Below are positions 52,235-64,000 of a stretch of DNA of 64,000 bases, one piece after another (within the stretch, counting starts at the first letter, position 1; every line of letters starts with the position of its first letter). Origin of the DNA: Octopus sinensis. Lineage: Eukaryota. Below the pieces are notes generated by a model. The model made no database searches and had not been told where the DNA came from. It saw nothing but the letters and a program-made list of their open reading frames with translations. The translations under genes were made by a program, and so were the position numbers. Where the stretch lies: positions 126,542,001 through 126,606,000 of the forward strand of contig NC_042998.1 in NCBI RefSeq assembly GCF_006345805.1, written 5' to 3'.

Positions 52235-53010
52235 ATGAAAGAAAGTTTAAAATGCAAGAGTTTCACCATCAATGTTGTATGTCTTGGGTGTAACGCAGGG
52301 GCAATAACTTTTTCGGATTTCTTCCAACCACAGAGCATCTTGGTTAAACACCTTCTCTTCGCTCCAGGTTACCCTCCAGAAGGAGTCTATGTCTTCTCGC
52401 GAAGGAGCTTCCGTGATATTTACTGCTTTCCCAGTAATGTCACGGTATACTGCCACCTGGTTACGGTTAAATTTTTTGTTTATAGTTTCTTCTCTCTGTT
52501 ATTCTCTTCTGATGTCAGAGTTTTACACTGACAGCTTTTAGCTCCTGCTTGAAGGTAATCAGTTTGCAAGTGAGCGTCTTCTTTTTGCTGTCTCCAAACA
52601 TCATTTTTATCTCCTTCTTTACTTTCTGTTGGTGGGAAGTATAATGACTTGCTTGTTTACATGCAATAAGCATCATTACATGATTGATAGTCTTCCGTAA
52701 ACCAGTTATCTTTTTCTCTGTCTTCAAAACCCATGATGATACTTTCTTTGTAATTTCGGTTTTGTTTACTTTTCTAATATCATTCATGTACTGTTTTACA
52801 ATAGTAACAAGAGCATATAGACAGTCGTTAATCTGCCAGTATGTGGGTTCATCACACTCTTGTAAATACTCATCACCAATTTCGTTAACAGCTTTTAATA
52901 CCGTATTTGGTGGTTTTTCACTTTCTTTGGTAGAGAATACTTTCTCCTCGAGGGAGTACTTCAAAGCCAAAGTTATTTTTTCTCGAAAATTCCCGTAAGA
53001 GTACATTTCA
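52235..53010 (-). mobile_element. R4/Dong-type (RLE) LINE fragment, region N-terminal to RT
   Basis: Minus ORFs: FNRNQVAVYRDITG...EAPSREDIDSFWRVTWSEEKVFNQDALWL, resembling the pre-RT motif of R4-clade elements; interrupted by a stop. Confidence 0.6.
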
Positions 53011-53355
53011 CCGGCGTATATTCCTGACTACTACTACTACTACTACTACAATAATCGTTGCGGTTGTGCCTGCTATTTCCCATAGTCGTAGTAGGGGGAC
53101 AGTGGTCAGTTACTTGAGCCAGTTGTGTAGTTTGGCTGGTAGGCACTATGGAATCTGTTGGAATGTCGCCAGCTGCAAAGCTATGTGGTGGTCTTATATC
53201 ATTCACGTTCTCGTTTTAGTTTATAGGGTTGGGAAGAAGGTTAATATTCGATTTTTTAATATGTATGTATGTATGTATGTATTATGTATGTATGTATGTA
53301 TGTAGTATGTATGTATGTATGTATGTATGTATTATGTATGTATGTATGTATTATG

Positions 53356-53455
53356 NNNNNNNNNNNNNNNNNNNNNNNNNNNNNNNNNNNNNNNNNNNNN
53401 NNNNNNNNNNNNNNNNNNNNNNNNNNNNNNNNNNNNNNNNNNNNNNNNNNNNNNN
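53356..53455. other. Assembly gap (100 N)
   Basis: Direct reading. Confidence 1.
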
Positions 53456-53739
53456 TGATACTTGATGTGGATCAATTGTTATTCGTAATTTTATCTCCAT
53501 TTTCTGCCTTCCTTGAATATGATAAACTTTAGTTTATTTTGTCATTACCTATCATTTATGAGCATTAATACAAATGCTCATGAGTAAATATAGGTAATCC
53601 ACCAGTGGATTCATTGGATACAAGTATCCCTTAGACGGTTGCTATAACCTCTAACTTAACACGCACACACGCACACAAAACACACACACATACATATATA
53701 TTATAATATATAATATATATATATATATATATAAGGTAA

Positions 53740-54305
53740 ATGAGTAACAAAGATGTACGAGTGTCAATCATTACGTCGTTTCAAGCGACTCCTTTAATTG
53801 ATTAATGAAAACATTACATCATTGTGAAGAAACCGTTTCCGTCAGATGATTTTGCATAGACATTACACACAAAGGACTAACCAACTGCATTAACATGTTC
53901 GTATCACCAACGGAGCTGAAATATTTACAAATTTTGGGTGACTGAGGATAATATTGCTCCTGTTGTCTTCGAAGTGTAGGTAACTATGTCACTACTCTCA
54001 ATTATTCCTCCCCATTCTATAACCTCTACCAACCTCTAAATTCTAGAAGGATGGATACTACATAGACCCTTTTCTAAACTCATTCTGCCAAAGATACATC
54101 AGTAGAATCAATGTAAATATTTGAGCTCCATTGTGTGATACAAATATATTAGAGCAGTTGGTTTGTCCTTTGTGTTTGAAGCCTATGCAGTCATCTGACG
54201 AAAACTGTTTCTTAGCAATGATATAATAATGTTTTTAGTAATCAATTAAAGGAGTCGCTTAAAACGGCCGTAATGAATTGACACCTGTACAACTTTGTTA
54301 TTCAT
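53740..54305. mobile_element. Inverted-repeat element (~190-bp arms) with hammerhead-like motifs; PLE pLTR-like
   Basis: 53740-53929 is the diverged reverse complement of 54112-54305. Confidence 0.75.
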
Positions 54306-54568
54306 ATTTTCTTCACTTACCCTGGAATCTGCACTTCGGAAATTTTATAGAAAGTATTTTTATATAAAGTACATATTGGAACAACTAAGAGCGGATCTCT
54401 TCACTAAGTCGGGTCGTGTTATCTGCATATACTACAAGAATATCAAGTGCAAACACTTCTGCACAGAGCTTGATATTCATCTGATTGGTTGGTGTGCAAA
54501 TTAGATCGAGCTAACAATGTGCCTCGATTTAAGTATAATTTACGAATCTAATTATAATATATATATAA

Positions 54569-54618
<50 letters not shown>

Positions 54619-54703
54619 ATTCTATATTCAATATGTGACGCGTGTGTAGCTGGTGATTCTTTTTTCCTCCGCCTCCCCTTCCTCGGATCTTTCCTTTTCC
54701 TAT

Positions 54704-54739
54704 GATTCTGACGAAGAGCTCCGGTCGAAACGTTGAATC
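54704..54739 (+). ncRNA. Minimal hammerhead ribozyme motif in a PLE-type repeat
   Basis: GATT-CTGACGA-A-GAGC-tcc-GGTC-GAAAC-GTT-GAATC; downstream body (to ~54840) shared with 59593-59682. Confidence 0.6.
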
Positions 54740-55391
54740 CTCCTTCTTTCTTTCCTTTCCCGAGTGTCCAATAACGCTATACTTGTTCCACGTCCTCGCG
54801 TTGTTGTGTTTTCTCTTTGTGTTTTCATGTTTGGATTAACTATATCTATATCTATATATATATAGATAGAGAGATAGATATAGATATACATACATACAAA
54901 TATTTGTACTTATATGAAGTTAAGTATATATCTGTATATATCTGTATACATGTACACTCTATATATACGTGTGTTGTTGTTTAGCTCTAGGGCAGAACTG
55001 ATAATAAAGGTCTATGATGAAAATAATTTATTCCATGATCATCAAAACTGCGTGGACTTCATTATCCAATGTGTCCTTATCCTTTAGGTATAATTTGGGG
55101 TAAGATTTGGCTGCTATTTCTAATACGTTCTACTATTTCATCGGCTGGGGGATCCTTCGTAGGGTCGTTTACTGGAATATCCATGAATGGTAATCTTTTT
55201 AATGAATGACATCCATCCCAATATATATATATATATCTCAGTGATGAAGCACGATGTAAAGAATCGATAGGATCGAACTGACCAACACTGCAATTCCATA
55301 TTCCAAAACCGATCGTAGAAAACTCATTCTTGACAAGTTACCACACTTCTACGTGTCAAAACTCGTTCATGCCACACTGATTTTATATCAA

Positions 55392-55451
<60 letters not shown>

Positions 55452-56129
55452 AATAAATAATAATTATTATTATTATTATTAGCATTATTATATCGTGGCA
55501 AATTAACAGCTGGGATTGAATTCAATAAGTATTTATGGTGAAGTGTTAACAGTATAATCGAAGTTATATATATATTGATTTAATTGAATGACCATTGTCT
55601 GATATATTGGTTATAGTAGTGGCTATATGTACCTGGGTTATAGTGGTGATGATGATGGTATTAGTGATGATAGTGATGATTATGATGACGGAGGTGGTGG
55701 TGGTGATGTTAAGAGGTGGCATTGTGTGTGTTAATGCCTGTGCTGATATTGGTCTGAGGTGTTATTAACAGTCGTGTCTTTAATATTGTTGCTATTGCAA
55801 TTGTTGATGATGATAGCAATAACATATAATTGTGACGAAGACAACGATGATGATGACGATGATGGCAGTGTTATTAATGATGGTGCTAACAGTAGTAATA
55901 GCGAAGGCTGTGCAGTTGTGGTAGCGGTGATTATTTGTTACAGTGGTTCTGCTGCAGCGGTTGTTCTTTGTTCTTGCTGCTGTTTAGTCCAGCGTCAATC
56001 CTGATTGCGGAAACCTACAATAAAAATCAGTCCAATCGTTATCAAGCTGTAACATTAAAAAAAAAAAAAATCAGACTTGGTGCCTCACTGTATTAAGATG
56101 CAAGGTTTGTTTTGAAGGATGATATTTGG

Positions 56130-56330
56130 CGGCGGAATTTGAACTCAAAACGTTCGTCTGCCGTTACGTTCTGAGTTCAAATTCTGCCGAGGTCGACTTT
56201 GCCTTTCATCCTTTCGGGGTCGATTAAATAAGTACCAGTTGCGCACTGGCGTCGATATAATCATCTTAATCCGTTTGTCTGTCCTTGTTTGTCCTCTCTG
56301 TGTTTAGCCCCTTGTGGGTAGTAAAGAAAT
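56130..56330 (+). mobile_element. 5'-truncated family A SINE with fold-back 5' end
   Basis: 56130-56152 is the reverse complement of 56167-56189. Confidence 0.8.
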
Positions 56331-56849
56331 TTGGTTACGTTTCTGGCAGGTCGACACTCCTTTGATTTATCAAGCGCTATTGGTACTTATAGGTTGTAGT
56401 TTTATCTTCATGGTGATGGTGATAGACAGTGGGAATGATATTGTTGTGTTGGTTTCAAAGAATCAACGACAAAAATAATAGAACGAGCAAGAAAACGTAA
56501 AGCAGCAGGAACGAGTAGAATATGTATAGTTTTTAGTTATACACTATCAGAAATTCAGAATAAATTCGATGTTTCGGACTAAGTCCTTCAACGGAAAACG
56601 TTGCGAAGGAGAGAATATTTTTTCGGAAGGAAAGGAGAGGCTTACTTGCATTTACTTTTTTCTCTTGTTTTGTTTCTGATAAATCTTATTCTACTGGACT
56701 ACCACGCTGACGGCAGTCGAAATAATCGAATTACACCGGATTCACTATTACTATATAAACGATTAAAAAATAGCTTTCTATTTTTGTTCTTATTTAGATA
56801 TATACAATACAGATGTGGACTATATATGTGTGCGTGCGTGCTTGTGTGT

Positions 56850-56917
<68 letters not shown>

Positions 56918-56973
56918 TATATATATATATATATATGTTTATAGCACATTCGCCAAATACGACACTCACATAG

Positions 56974-57016
<43 letters not shown>

Positions 57017-57341
57017 ACACACACACAACCGAACTGATGTCGTTAATGAACCATACTTAACTTCCCAGACAGAGAGTCGCCCGCTATTCGCTAACATCCT
57101 GTCCAAGCAGGTGGTCCTAGGAATAAGCATTTGACATGTGACCTGTGTTGACCAAAGCGGCTCACCATCTTAACGCCATATTGAACTTTGCTTCATTCAG
57201 TCTCTAAAAGCCTGACGAGATAGTCAGCCCAAATGGAGCCGAGTCAAACTGTTATTAAATAATGTAAATGGACCACTGCCATGGCGGTTGCTCCAGTATG
57301 GCCACAGCCTTAGGACTGAAAACGTATGAAATAATGAAAGA

Positions 57342-57390
<49 letters not shown>

Positions 57391-58244
57391 TGTTTCTGTG
57401 CTGTGAAGGCAATGTATTAGTTTAACAATTAAAAACAAAGAGGGAAAGAAACGTGACTTTACGGACGCTAGATTTTAATAAGGAGAAAGCTATGCAAGAA
57501 AAGAAAAGGACGAAAAGTGGTTGAAAGATGAAAAAAGCAAAAAAAAAAACCAAAAAAACAAAAACAAAAACAAAAAGAAAAAAAACCCCAAACAGGTGAG
57601 AGGTTAGAGTTCAGGAGAGAATGCGGTTCTATGGGAAGGAGTGAAAAGAAACAAGGGGTGTGTATATGCACGTATAGAAAAATTAGTGAGGCACGTAGAG
57701 GGACAAGAGGAGTACGGTGGGGGTGAACGTCAAGCGTATAAAAGAATGAGAGAAAAATAAATGAAGATTAGGAAAAAAAACATAGAAAGATTAACTTCAG
57801 AGAGAGATAAAAGAAATTAAGAAAAAAAAAAACTAGGGAAAATAAATTGAGAAAAATTATTACAATAAGACATTAATAAGAAAATGAATAGATTAATAAA
57901 ACTGCAACACTGCTGAAAAGTCCAGACAGGCACAGAACTAGAGTAAAGCCTCGGGAGACAGAATTGTTCATAATATGGTGAGAAGACGATTAACGAAAAT
58001 TAGCTAGGTGATGCACTTAGAGAAGTAGTTGATAGATGTGTAAGCACGTGACGGAGATTAGGGCGTTTATAATGGAAGTGGGGAAAAAAGCGAAAGACCC
58101 GATAATCTAAAAATGCTGAGAATTCATAGATAGTGAAAGAGGTGAAAATCTGGTGTGAGAGAGGGAGAGAGAGAGAGAGAGCAAAATTGTGAAAATCAAT
58201 GTTTCTGCTGCTTGCTTCATGCTCTTGTTTGATGACGCTGGGGT

Positions 58245-58720
58245 TATCCTAGGTTAGTGATCTCAGAGATGTCATCGTACATATCCTCCAAGGTGATGTT
58301 GAGCTCTTGGAAATCTCCCCCAATCACGTCAAGCCTTCTGGTGGCTGGGGGACTGCCACGAGGACTCTTCCAGCCCGCAACTGCTACGTCGAATGAGAGT
58401 AAAGCCCCGGTAGGATGGTCTAGCAGGAGACGGAGGACATGTCCGTACCAGCACATGCGATGGATAGCTATGCGGTGGGCGGCTGCAGGCTGATGCCTAC
58501 GTGCACTCAGTTCTTTGCTGGAAGCGTAATGATACCATCTAATGTTTACGATGGTTCTGAAAGCTCTGCTGTCGAGGCCGTTGATTCTCTTTGCCAGGGA
58601 CTTCGAGAGGGTCCACGTTTCGGTTCCATAGAGGAGAATGGAGAGGGCCGATGCGGTGTTGATGAAGAGCTTCATCTTCCAGGATTTTTTTTTCTGTTCT
58701 GTTTTCAGGAAGAAAATCAA
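58245..58720 (-). mobile_element. RTE-clade LINE 3' fragment
   Basis: SILLYGTETWTL...RMCWYGHVLRL...GWKSPRG. Confidence 0.85.
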
Positions 58721-58879
58721 TAGAAAACAGTTTCGTTCGGCAGCGTGGCTTGGAAGAGTTGGTTTTAATCGTATGGCAAGAGAAATTGAGGGAAAGGAAA
58801 TCTCTTAGACGGAAGAGTGACGTGAAAGGGAGGTAAGAGGATGAGAAGACTAGGACGAAGAAGAAAGTGTGAGAGCATG

Positions 58880-58934
<55 letters not shown>

Positions 58935-59287
58935 GCGTGTGTGAATGTGTGTATGCTTGTATCTACGTGTTTGAATGTGTTTTAGCGAGCTCAAAATGTG
59001 ATGGCAGGAAAGGTGTGAAACAGAATGGTCAAGCAATGTGGAAGTGGTAGTGGAAGGAAAGGAAAGTGTTATTGAATGAGAAAATGTGTGTTTACAAGTG
59101 TGAGAATGTGTGTGGATGAACCCTCCTTCCCTAAAAACTAGACATTTGATGTTTGAAAGTGTTTGTGAGTAGATGTGCATGAAAAAAAACTTCGAAGTAG
59201 GCGACAATTCCTTATCATAATTATTACATTACATATGTATATTGAATTCATTATATATATCATATATTTATATATATTTTATATATA

Positions 59288-59341
<54 letters not shown>

Positions 59342-59347
59342 GATATA

Positions 59348-59545
59348 AGTAGGCGGGGAGCTGGTAGAGGTGCTAGAACGCCTGACAGATGTTTTAGCGG
59401 CATTTCGTCCGTTTTTTACGCTTTGTGTTCAAATTCAGACGAGGTCGACTTTACCTTTCATCTTCCCAGAGTCAATAAAATAGGTACCATCTGTGCACTG
59501 GGGTCGTTGTAATCGACTTGCCCCTTACCCGAAATTGGTAGCCTT
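59348..59545 (+). mobile_element. Family A SINE (diverged)
   Basis: GGCGGGGAGCTGGTAG...GTTCAAATTC...GAGGTCGACTTTACCTTTCATC. Confidence 0.75.
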
Positions 59546-59702
59546 TTAAAAGAATTATATGTATATACGAGTATATATATATTATATATATTACTCCTTC
59601 TTCCCTTCTTTCCTGAGCGTCCAATAATACTTTATTGTTCCACATCTTGCGTTGTTGTCTTTTGTTCTTTTTGATTAACTTATATATATATCTATAATAT
59701 TA

Positions 59703-59801
<99 letters not shown>

Positions 59802-60172
59802 TGTATGTATGTGTGTGTGTATCTACATATATATCGAAGCCTAATAAATAATTTATATAAAAACATACGTATATATATATATCACGTACGTACATAATTA
59901 CTCGGATATACACATGTTTGTGTATGTGTGTGTATGCAGAAATATTTATATCTGTATTAGAATATGTATGTAAAGGTATACTTGCATACATATACATATA
60001 AATATACGTATATAAATACATATACGTATTCATACAAATTTTCACATGAAATTAAAAATAGAGAAATAGCATGTGTAATAGCTTGTTATACCGAAGTACA
60101 ATTGAATATATTGACATTCACCAACACTCGAGCGATCATACAGGCTACAAATACATTCACTCACTCACACTT

Positions 60173-60211
<39 letters not shown>

Positions 60212-60217
60212 ACACAC

Positions 60218-60269
<52 letters not shown>

Positions 60270-60275
60270 CTCTCT

Positions 60276-60321
<46 letters not shown>

Positions 60322-60691
60322 ACACACACTCTCTCTCTCTCTCTCTCTCTGTCTTTCTCACTCTCTCACACACACTCGCACGTACACACGCAGACATACA
60401 CTTTGAAAGAATCGACTCACAGCTTGTTGAGGTGTAGAAGAAGTGTATCCTAAAGCGATTATAAATAGATGGCGTACTGTAATTGCGTACACACACCACA
60501 CACGCACAACACACACACACACAAACATATATATATACATACATACATACATCATATATATATATATATATATATAGATATATATATAGATATATATATA
60601 TATATACATTTCATACATTACATACATTACACACACACACACACACACACCACATATATACATTATATATATATATAGATAGATATAGGTG

Positions 60692-60730
<39 letters not shown>

Positions 60731-61204
60731 GATATTAGTGAAAGCCTGCTTATTCAACCGCGAATACACCTTTCATTCACCTATAGCTTCTACACGGACA
60801 GGTTTACTATAAATACGCATTGGAAAGGAAATATTCTGATGTTATAAAATCTACATAAGCCAATGTGGAGGTTGCGGGTGAGTTTGGAAAGTGGCGAGGG
60901 AAGCATTATGAATGGGATTGCATATTACACGAATATTCTAAAAATAAAGTTAGAATACATACTCACGCCCACACACACGCACTCATACACACACGCACGC
61001 ACACACACCTGCATGCGCCAGTAACTATACCTTTGTGTGTGTGTGCCTATGTACATACATACATACATACATACCATACATACATACATAATACATACAT
61101 ACATATAGACAAACATATACACATGCATTTGTGCATGAAGTGTAGTGTACTCTCTGAGTAATAAAAAGGAACTGTTCAGGACAGATATACAACTCCCTTT
61201 TCCG

Positions 61205-61209
61205 TGTGA

Positions 61210-61243
<34 letters not shown>

Positions 61244-61390
61244 GATGATGATGATGATGATGAGTGTGGTGGTGGTGGCGGTGTTGGTGGTGATGATGAT
61301 GATGGTGATGATAATGATGATGACGATGATGAGGGTGGTGGTGGTGGTGACGATGATTATTATCATAATGATGATGTGATGATGATGATA

Positions 61391-61440
<50 letters not shown>

Positions 61441-61495
61441 AATAATAATAATAATGATAATAATAATATAATAATAATAATAATAATAATATAAC

Positions 61496-61533
<38 letters not shown>

Positions 61534-61550
61534 TAATGGTGATGATGATA
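61205..61550. repeat. (GAT)n/(GGT)n/(AAT)n compound trinucleotide microsatellite
   Basis: Direct reading. Confidence 0.95.
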
Positions 61551-61552
61551 AA

Positions 61553-62090
61553 TTCTTTTATTTGCCTCATACATAGAGGGCATTGCAAAAGCAGTTTACA
61601 ATGTGTGAATGGTTTTACATAAAAGGTGAAGGTAACGAAAGAGAACAGACGGTGAAATGAATTAAAAGTATACATAAAATACAAAGTATGTGAACACATG
61701 AATGATGCAGTCCTTCTGATAAAGTGGGAGCTCCAACTAGGCCAACCAAGGAACCCCACAGATCCGGATTACCCTGACGGTCAAAAGCACGAGCCCTCGT
61801 CCAACGATTGTTCTCATGTCTACGGGCGTATGTGTTAAGAAGAATTCTTTGGAGTTTGAATAACTCACCTCTGGAAACATGAGCGATTCTTTCAACATCC
61901 TTAAACAACCATTATTCAAGGACCTTTTCAGCGGGATGGGCTGCTCGACCTGAAGAAAATTCTAACGGCTCCTCCTGCGAGGTCATGCCCTGTTTATCTT
62001 GATATGAGATCACCATGTCACGCACATATGGTTGTGATGCATGTGCCTGGTGTACCCTTATCAGGCGGGTATTAATGATGGGTATACTGG
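61553..62090 (-). mobile_element. Tx1/L1-like LINE 3' fragment
   Basis: Minus strand has a coding-like tail (..FKLQRILL...RWTRARAF), then a 3' UTR ending GGCAAATAAAAGAATTT followed by (ATC)n, like the other two Tx1 ends. Confidence 0.55.
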
Positions 62091-62167
62091 GCTTATTTTA
62101 CTCCAGTGTTACATATTTTACCCCAGTGTTACTTCGAGAGCATGCACTGCTCTCTCACTCAATAATG

Positions 62168-62747
62168 GCTTCAAATTTTGCCACAAGGGCAGCAATTTTG
62201 GGAGGAGATGAGTCGATTACATCGACCCCAGTGCGTAACAGGTACTTATTTTATCGACCTCAACAGAATGAAAAGTAAAGTCGACCTCGGCAGAATTTGA
62301 ACTCAGAACGTAACGACGGGCAAAATACCTATTTCTTTACTACCCACAAGGGGCTAAACAGAGAGGGGACAAACAAGGTCAGACAAACGGATTAAGTCGA
62401 TTATATCGACCCCAGTGCGTAACTGGTACTTAATTTATCGACCCCGAAAGGATGAAAGGCAAAGTCGACCTCGGCGGAATCTGAACTCACACTGTAACGG
62501 CAGACGAAATACCTATTTCTATTTCTTTACTACCCACAAGCGGCTAAACACAGAGGGGACAAACAAGGTCAGACAAACGGATTAAGTCGATTATATCGAG
62601 CCCAGTGCGTAACTGGTACTTAATTTATCGTCCCCGAAAGGATGAAAGGCAAAGTCGACCTCGGCGGAATTTGAACTCAGAACGTAACGGCAGACGAAAT
62701 ACGGCTACGCATTTCGCCCGGCGTGCTTAACGTTTCTGCCAGCTCGC
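62168..62747 (-). mobile_element. Head-to-tail trimer of family A SINE
   Basis: Three units with junctions at GAAATACCTATTTC (reverse complement of GAAATAGGTATTTC); single head near 62747. Confidence 0.9.
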
Positions 62748-63289
62748 CATCTTTCAAGTGGATAACATCGTACAAAGTATGCCTATTGTATGACAATATG
62801 ACCATTGTTTGAAAAATATAAAGGAGTGGGGATGGAAATAAAGTAGTTGAGAAGCATTTGGCAAAACGATATAGTGGACATAAGAAAATATACAAGGGAT
62901 GAATGAAAAATATGCGTGTGTTGCAAAAATGTAAAATATTTGAAAATTGGGAGTGTAAGTATTTTAATAGTGCAGGGAGAATTTCAGCGGAATTTCATCA
63001 TAGTTGGAGGAAAAGAGTGAGTAGTGAGCACATCGGAGCATTACACACGCATTCACACGCATTCACACACATATACACACACACTCACATACACACACAC
63101 GCGCACGCACATATACACGCACATACACAGACACACACGCATACATACATACATACATACATACATACATACATACATACATACATACATAACGGGAAGC
63201 TTTATGAAAATAAACAAAAGACGAAGGCAGGTGGAAAACAAACGAACAATTGTATTAGTATGGCGCTCAGGAAATATAAATAAAACAAG

Positions 63290-63327
63290 TCTTTAACGTT
63301 TCGAGCCTACGCTCTTCAACAGAAAGA
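63290..63327 (-). ncRNA. Minimal hammerhead ribozyme motif (CUGUUGA core variant)
   Basis: TCTTT-CTGTTGA-A-GAGC-gtag-GCTC-GAAAC-GTT-AAAGA: perfect stems I and II. Confidence 0.7.
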
Positions 63328-63514
63328 TACACAGAGAGAGAAAAACACAGAAAGAAGGAGAGAAAAAAAATGCGTGCAGTAGCTAACGAATCAACATGGC
63401 GATCTGATTTCGGCCAGAGGTCAAAGATCAAACATGAGACGCGAGCGAAGCGAAATAAGGGGAGATAATAGGGTTGATAAAAGGGGTTGAGGAACCAGCT
63501 AAAAGTGCGTGGGA

Positions 63515-63830
63515 GGGGTCTGGATGTGTTATGTATAGGGTTGGTGTATGTATTAGTATGTAGTGTAAGTGTGTGTGTGTGTGTGTATGTGTATGCGAGA
63601 GTATTAGTGCGTAGGATTGGTCTGGACGTGCTTAGTATGGGGTTGGTGTATGTATTAGTATGTATTAGTATGTATTAGTACGTATTGGTATGTATAGGTG
63701 TGTGTGTGTGTGAGAGAATATAAGTGCGTATGCGGGGTCTGGACGTGTGTATGTATAGGGTTGGTGTAAGTATTAGTATGTACTAGTATGTATAGTACGT
63801 ATTAGATGTATTAGTTGGGTGTGTGTATTA
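63515..63830 (+). repeat. Degenerate tandem repeat (~3 units of ~105-120 bp) with internal (GTATTAGTAT)n
   Basis: GGTCTGGA.GTG...TA..GGGTTGGTGTA.GTATTAGTATG occurs three times. Confidence 0.8.
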
Positions 63831-64000
63831 GTATGGCACATCATATGTGATGTGATGTGTAAAGTCATGTGGTGTAGTGAGGAGGAGGGGAGGAGGGGGA
63901 GGGGGAGAAGGGGAGGGGAAGAAGAGGGGGAGGAGAAGGGGAAGGGGGGAAGAGGAGAGGATGGGGGAGAAGGAAGGGGGGAGAGGGGAGAGCAGAGGGG

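Noticed and set aside
55759-56004. 81-aa + strand ORF as a downstream exon of the unknown gene
   Set aside because: Low-complexity sequence; a phase-1 join at the ttacag acceptor reaches a stop within 15 codons.
57212-57218. CTGACGA hammerhead core
   Set aside because: No downstream GAAA or cleavage triplet at a usable distance.
61025-61759. 244-aa and 135-aa His/Ile-rich ORFs
   Set aside because: Products of trinucleotide microsatellites read through into a LINE 3' UTR.
63890-64000. G/A-rich tract as a regulatory G-quadruplex or H-DNA element
   Set aside because: Could form such a structure, but it is cut by the window edge and such tracts are common in repeat-rich genomes; no functional context.

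Overview
Repeat-dense animal genomic DNA. The SINE families, extreme microsatellite load and AT-rich introns suggest an octopus/coleoid cephalopod; this is pattern recognition, not a database search. Genes: (1) the last seven coding exons of an SLK/STK10 (Slik) STE20-family kinase on + (3531-8914), which splice in frame with GT-AG sites and end in a stop; (2) two large low-complexity coding exons of an unidentified + strand gene (35536-36529 and 50072-50546), both ending in phase-1 donors and carrying PP1-docking-like motifs, possibly alternative first exons. The rest is mostly mobile DNA: at least four SINE families, RTE, Tx1/L1 and R4/Dong LINE fragments, a Penelope-like fragment, a Gypsy pol fragment, three mariner derivatives and Helitron-like ends, plus one 100-N gap. 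The most notable hidden signal is eight hammerhead-ribozyme-like motifs from several repeat families. Two pairs sit in long inverted repeats, and one of those elements also has a tRNA-derived head, suggesting a Penelope-dependent, ribozyme-bearing SINE-like system. Other points of interest: Tx1 elements ending at AT(C/T) microsatellites, fold-back 5' junctions, a mariner with ~215-bp inverted ends, SINE multimers joined at a GGTAT microhomology, and a ~290-bp phased GAAAATTTTC array. TE boundaries are approximate unless exact termini are quoted.
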